In this document: piece after piece, positions 58,686 through 64,000 of the stretch
How the letters are laid out: each line of letters begins with the position of its first letter
Numbering within the stretch: position 1 is the stretch's first letter
NCBI GenBank assembly: GCA_009914755.4
Contig: CP068257.2
Span: forward strand, 24,640,001-24,704,000
DNA from: the human T2T-CHM13v2.0 reference genome, Homo sapiens
Direction: 5' to 3'
DNA: 64,000 bases
Notes under the pieces: generated by a model
Told to the model about the DNA's origin: nothing
What the model saw: the letters and a program-made list of their open reading frames with translations, nothing else
Databases searched by the model: none
Translations under genes and position numbers: made by a program

Positions 58686-59566
58686 GTTGTTGTTTTTTTA
58701 AATTTATTTCCAACTTTCATTTTAGATTCAGTGGGTACAGGTGCACATTTAGTACAGGGGTATATTTTGTGTTGTAGGGGTTTGGCGTCCAGATTTTTTT
58801 GTCACTCAGGTAATAACTATAGAAGTCAATAGGCAATTTTTCAATCCTCAGCCTCCTCCCACCCTCCCTGCTCAAGTAGGCCCTGGTGTCTATTGTTCCC
58901 TTCTTTTGTGTTCATGTGTACTCATTGTTTAGCTTCCACTTAGAAGTGAGAATATGCTATATTTAGTTTTCCATTCCTGGGTTAATTGACTAAGGATAAT
59001 GGTTTTCGGCTCTGTCAGTGTTGCTGCAAAAGACATGATTTCATTCCTTTTTATGGCCAGGTGGTATTCCTTAAGGTATAGGTACCACATTTTCTTTATC
59101 CAATCCACTGTTGATGGGCATTTAGGTTGATTCCATGTCTTTGCTATTGCAAATAGTGCTACCATGAACATACATGTGCATTTATCCTTATGATAGAAAA
59201 ATTTATATTTCTCTGGGTATGTACCCAGTAATGGGACTGCTGAGTTGAATAGTAGTTCTGTTTTAAGTTATTTGAGAAATCTCCAAAATGCTTTTCACAG
59301 TGGCTAAACTAATTTACATTCCCACCCCCAGTGTATAAGCATTCCCTTTTCATTTCAACCTTGCCAGCATCTGTTATTTTTTGACTTTTTAGGAATAGCC
59401 ATTCTGAGTGGTGTGAGATAGTATCTCATTGTTGTTTTGAATTGTATTTGTCTAATGATTAATGATGCCAAGCATTTTTTCACATGTTTGTTGGCTGAGT
59501 GTATGACTTCTTTTGAGAAGTGTCTGTTTGTGTCTTTTGCCCATTTTTAAATAGGGTTGTTTGACT
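58686..59566 (-). mobile_element. Younger L1PA-type 3' fragment of about 0.88 kb (reverse orientation), nested in the host L1 and accompanied by loss of about 430 bp of host L1
   Basis: Antisense L1PA 3' UTR and ORF2 end: tttttttaaatttatttccaactttcattttagattcagtgggtacaggtgcacatttagtacaggggtatattttgtgttgtagggg ... ccattctgagtggtgtgagatagtatctcattgttgttttgaattgtatttgtctaatgattaatgatgccaagcattttttcacatg ... gcccatttttaaatagggttgtttgact. The host L1 text jumps from ... gagatctctgcattcctatgttg to acagtcaataataatttgttgtac, skipping the intervening L1 consensus. Confidence 0.8.
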
Positions 59567-60524
59567 ACAGTCAATAATAATTTGTTGTACTTTTAAAAAT
59601 ACGTAAGAGTATAAGAATAATTGGATTCTTTGCAACACAAAGAAAGGGTAAGTGCTTGAGGTGGTGGATACACCATTTTCCCTGATGGGATTATTATGCA
59701 TTGTGTGCCTGTATCAAAATATCTCATGTACCTCATCAATATTCACATCTACTATATACCCCCCAAAATTTAAAAAAGAAACACATACAATATACATATA
59801 AAGTACACATATATATCTTATATAACTTTGGGAGAAAAATAATACTTAAAAATAATGTTTCTAAAAATTTTAAATTTCTAAAATTGTAAATATAAATGTT
59901 TGATATTTGAAAAATAAAGGTATTGAATTACATGAACTAATAATATATCATTATGACTCGAAGTGGGCAAAGGCTAGCAACCATAAAAGGAGAAAATAGA
60001 AAACAGCTTGTTAACTTTAGTTAAGGACAATTTTATACTTTTATTCAAACAATCCTATGTAGGGTTCAATGTCTTTCTTAGGAAGTTTTGGTTGAACAGT
60101 TTTGTCCTCTATACTGTGCTATCATATTCCATAAAGTATTTCTGTTGAAAGAATTTTCAACTCTTTACTGAGTCAAAAGTTGAATGTCATACTCTCTTTC
60201 TTTAAAATTGATCCAAACCAGTTCTCTGTCATGAATTAAGATTAAAACTTTCAACGCTCTATCCTATCTTTTGGTTAAATAAATGAATGGGTGATGAATA
60301 AATATAGGGTGGTTGCCATGGCAAATCTTTAAAAAAATTATCTAATTATCAAAGTCAAATCAGATTTTTAAAAGTAAAAAGGTCTTTTACATCTGTAAGA
60401 CACAAAGTACATGTATATTGTTATTGTTCTTAACTAGCTAGAGATTAGATATTACATTATCTCAAATTTATTGTAATAAATAAATGGAGAGTTGCATTCA
60501 TTTTAATTTACAAACATTTTAGTG

Positions 60525-60975
60525 GGTTCAATGGTGGTCCCCCCCAAAAGATGTGTCCATATCATAACACCAAGGATCTATGAATGTGAACTTATTTGAA
60601 AAAAGGGTCTTTACAGAAATAATTGAGCCTCTAACTGAGAACATCCTGGATTTTCTGGGTGGCTCCTCAGTCCAATGACGAGTTCCTTATAGCAGAAGTA
60701 GAGACCCAGAGATCCAGAAGAGAAAGCTATGTGATGACAGAGGCAGAGCTTGGAGTCATGCAGCCACAAGCCAAAGACCACTTGGAGCCACCTGAAACTG
60801 CAAGAGGCAAGGAAGAGCTCTTTTCTAGAGGGAGTGCAGCCCTGGGCGTATTGCCCTAGTAGCACCTTGATTTTGGACTTCTGGTCTCTAAAATTGTGAC
60901 AGAATAAATTTCTGTTGCTTTCAGGTACTAAGTTTTTGGTAATAAGTTGCAGCAGCCTTCGGAAACTAATACATA
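60525..60975 (+). mobile_element. MLT1-type MaLR solo LTR
   Basis: ggtggtcccccccaaaagatgtgtccatatcataacaccaaggatctatgaatgtgaacttatttgaaaaaagggtctttacagaaataattgag ... ggagtcatgcagccacaagccaaagaccacttggagccacctgaaactgcaagaggcaaggaagag ... caccttgattttggacttctggtctctaaaattgtgacagaataaatttctgttgctttcagg ... ggaaactaatacata. This matches the MLT1 consensus text (ccaaaagatatgtccatgtcctaatcc ... gaaaaagggtctttgcagatgtgattaag ... gatgcagccacaagccaaggaa ... ccaccagaagctggaagaggcaaggaa ... ttgattttggacttctggcctccagaactgtgagagaataaatttctgttgttttaagcc ... ggaaactaatacag). Confidence 0.75.
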
Positions 60976-61351
60976 TATCAAATAGGCGGAGGACCAGTAT
61001 GCCAAAGAAAGGAAATGATTTGTTGGCTCTTCATGCTGAGTAGGGAGGAAGAAAACAAGCTATCCAGTATGTTCATCTCCACTGCTCTCCTCTAAAAGGA
61101 GATAAGTCTCTACCAGTCTCTACTATCAAGATATAAAATCTTTAATTGTTAATTTTTTATTGAGATATAACATCTATCATATAAAGTACCAAAATCTCAG
61201 GTGATACTTTTTGCATATATATTTATGTATTAATATGTTCAAGTTTCTACACACACATACAATTGTGTAACAGTAACCACCACTCAGATGGACACAGAAC
61301 ATTTCCAGCATAAAAGAAAGTTCCCTAGAGTCCATATCCTGTCAAAACCTA

Positions 61352-61595
<244 letters not shown>

Positions 61596-64000
61596 ATTAT
61601 TAGCAGAAATGGGATCATACAGTTTGTATTTCTTTGTGTCATTATTTGTCCGTAATGTGTTATTTGTCTGTATATGCTCATTATTATGTCTGTAAAAATC
61701 ATCCATGTTAATTGTATTAATCAATAGGTCTTTTTCTGTTTAATTAGGGAGGTGAATATTCCACAAAATATTTACTCTTCTCTTAACAAACAGTTGGGTT
61801 GTTTCTAGTTTTAAGCAATTGTAAGAAAATTGCTAAGAATATTCTGGTCTTATATCTTAGTGGACATATGTGTTTATTTTTCTTGGGTATATATGTAAGA
61901 GTGAAATTATTTGGCCATAGGGTAGGCATATATTTAGTTTTTATAGTACTATTAAGAACTGTTCCAAAATTATTGTATCAATTCACACTTCCATCAACAT
62001 GGTATGAGAGTTCCAGTTGCTCCACATTCTTGCTGACACTTACAATTGTTTGCCATTTAAATTTTAGCCACTGGTGGGTGTTTAGTGGTATCTTATTTTG
62101 TGTTTTAATTTGCACTTCCTTATTGAATAATTATGTTGCGCATCTTCCCTTATGCTTGGGCTATTTTAATAACCTCTTTTATCAAATTCCTGTTTGAGCC
62201 TTTTGCCCATGAAACAATTTTTTTTGTCCTTTATATTATTGAAAATTCCTTTCTGCTTTAGTGAATCAAGGACATAAATAGTCAGTCTTTCATGGGTAGA
62301 ATTTAATTTTTCTGTGCATTGGTCTATTCCCAGAGAGCTTTAAATCTTGCTTAATTGTGCTCACCTTTTTATACATCATGGATTTTGACTCTGGTTCTTT
62401 CGTTTTTCCATTTCATTTTAGTCACCAAAATGCTTAAAACTAGAGATCAACTTTCTTAGCTGCAAAAGCTTCTAGCCTTTCAAGAAGTTCATACTTTATG
62501 AAATTGCACATTAAGCATTTATTTTTCAGACCATTTTTGAACATTACTCCTAAATTAATAAAGTATTCTGATACTGCTTTAGTATTGATTACAGTAAAAA
62601 GGGTTTGAAATATAGCTGTTCTTTATGCATAAAATACCCAGCTAGGACCAGTACTGCCAGAGAAAAACATCGTATTGAATGGCCATTTCCCTACCTAAAA
62701 GATGTCTCAATCTGAATTTATTTGGCTACACTAAAGAATGCAGTATATTTAGTTTTCCATTTGCATAATGTGTTTGTGCTATAGATAATATTTTAAATTG
62801 AAAAGTTTGTTTTAAATTATTTTTACAATGAAGACTGTTTTCAGCTCTTTTTATATTGTGCATAGTTTTTTTATGTAATCTACTAGCATGTGTTTTTTGT
62901 AGACTGTTTAATGACTGGATATCTTCCTCCAATTTTTGAAGTACAAAACCAGTGTATTTTACTTGTACACTGTTTTAAAATCTATTAAAATTGTCATTTG
63001 ACTTTTTTCTGTTAAAATATACTTTCTGAATACAAAGCTATTATTACATTGTCGGATATCAGAATGCATAATCCTTTGGATGAGTATATAAGTTATACAT
63101 TTCTGCAGATTGATCAATTAAATATTAATTTATAGTAATATAATAACTGTAATATTATTATAGTGATGGTATTGTTAATAATAGTAATTGATGAGAGAAT
63201 AAAAGATTTATATCTTTTATTGTTAAAGTTGGACACCAAAAATTAATGTTAGACAGCTGCCCTACCCTGCTCCAACTGCTCAGAATTTCCATTCTTCATC
63301 CAGTGGGATTTTGTAAACTCCATAGAGACTCTTCCATATTTTTTTCTACTTTTAAGTTGTTGTTTATTTATTTCCTTAACACATCATATATGTTATTAGA
63401 GAATAAAGCAATCGTAAGTAATTAAGAGAATAAACTGTTTCTTGGTTGTTAGAAATATCCTGGGGCCAAGAGACTCATCTCCTATTTAAAATAATGTATT
63501 GTGAACATTCAGTATTGTGTATTATAGAAAAATAAATTCCTGAGGAATAAATAATTTGCTTTTAATATTAAAAAGCTTTATCTTCCTAACTAAAAAGGTT
63601 GATACTAAAAAGCCAGAACCCAGATTTTTCCCCTTCTAGCTTTTTTTTAGTGTTTTTTTGTTGTTTTAATGGGGAGAAAGAGAGAAATTGCCTAATACTG
63701 ATTAAAGCATATGGCCTTATCTTAGGAGCAGTCCCAAGGTTTTGACAAAAAATATAAAACATTAAAAATAGGACTTTATGTGCTACTTTTTTGGGCTTGG
63801 CTGGAGGACAGGACAAATACACAGTGGTTTTATGAGCCCCCCTGGTGTATAATATTTATCTTATTTGCTCTTCATTTATATTTAGTGCATGTTGTAAAAC
63901 TGTGTAAGGCTATGAGGTAACTTTAGAAGTTATAATGGGCAACAGCTCTTAATGGAGACTTTTCAAAAAATTTTTGTTTACAGATTCACTTTGAAGAGTA

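Overview
This window is primate (almost certainly human) nuclear genomic DNA, not a prokaryotic locus. It is AT-rich, CpG-poor and dominated by interspersed repeats. I count about 21 Alu SINEs, most with recognisable target-site duplications. There are two full-length but degenerate ancient L1 elements on the + strand (about 23690-30385 and 50295-59930), both carrying nested younger insertions. Many L1 fragments lie in mixed orientation, notably in a cluster at 13.7-18 kb. There are THE1/MST/MLT1-type MaLR LTRs, a second LTR-like family present in three same-orientation copies, one MER5-like DNA-transposon remnant and one MIR-like core. Simple repeats include a compound (TATG)n(TATC)n STR, Alu-tail-derived (TATTA)n and (TTTA)n tracts, and a roughly 535-bp purine/pyrimidine-alternating complex microsatellite grown inside an L1. 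I cannot support any protein-coding gene, tRNA, rRNA, CRISPR array or operon-like system. Every ORF in the supplied track is short and is explained by repeats: Alu-derived frames, stop-riddled L1 ORF1/ORF2 remnants, or translation of microsatellites. Overall this looks like a gene-poor, L1-rich (G-band-like) intergenic or deep-intronic region. The observations I think deserve a second look are structural. The most notable is a 619-bp near-palindromic inverted repeat at 44617-45235 that resembles a MITE-like element. The others are 54-bp direct repeats flanking the giant microsatellite, a split and inverted THE1 element with an inverted junction duplication, tightly spaced inverted Alu pairs, several young-looking AluY insertions, and a motif-dense unique segment at about 12.0-12.26 kb that could be a conserved noncoding regulatory element. 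All coordinates are by-eye estimates, accurate to a few bases for Alu/TSD boundaries and to tens of bases for old L1/LTR boundaries. Repeat family names are from memory of consensus sequences, not from a database search.
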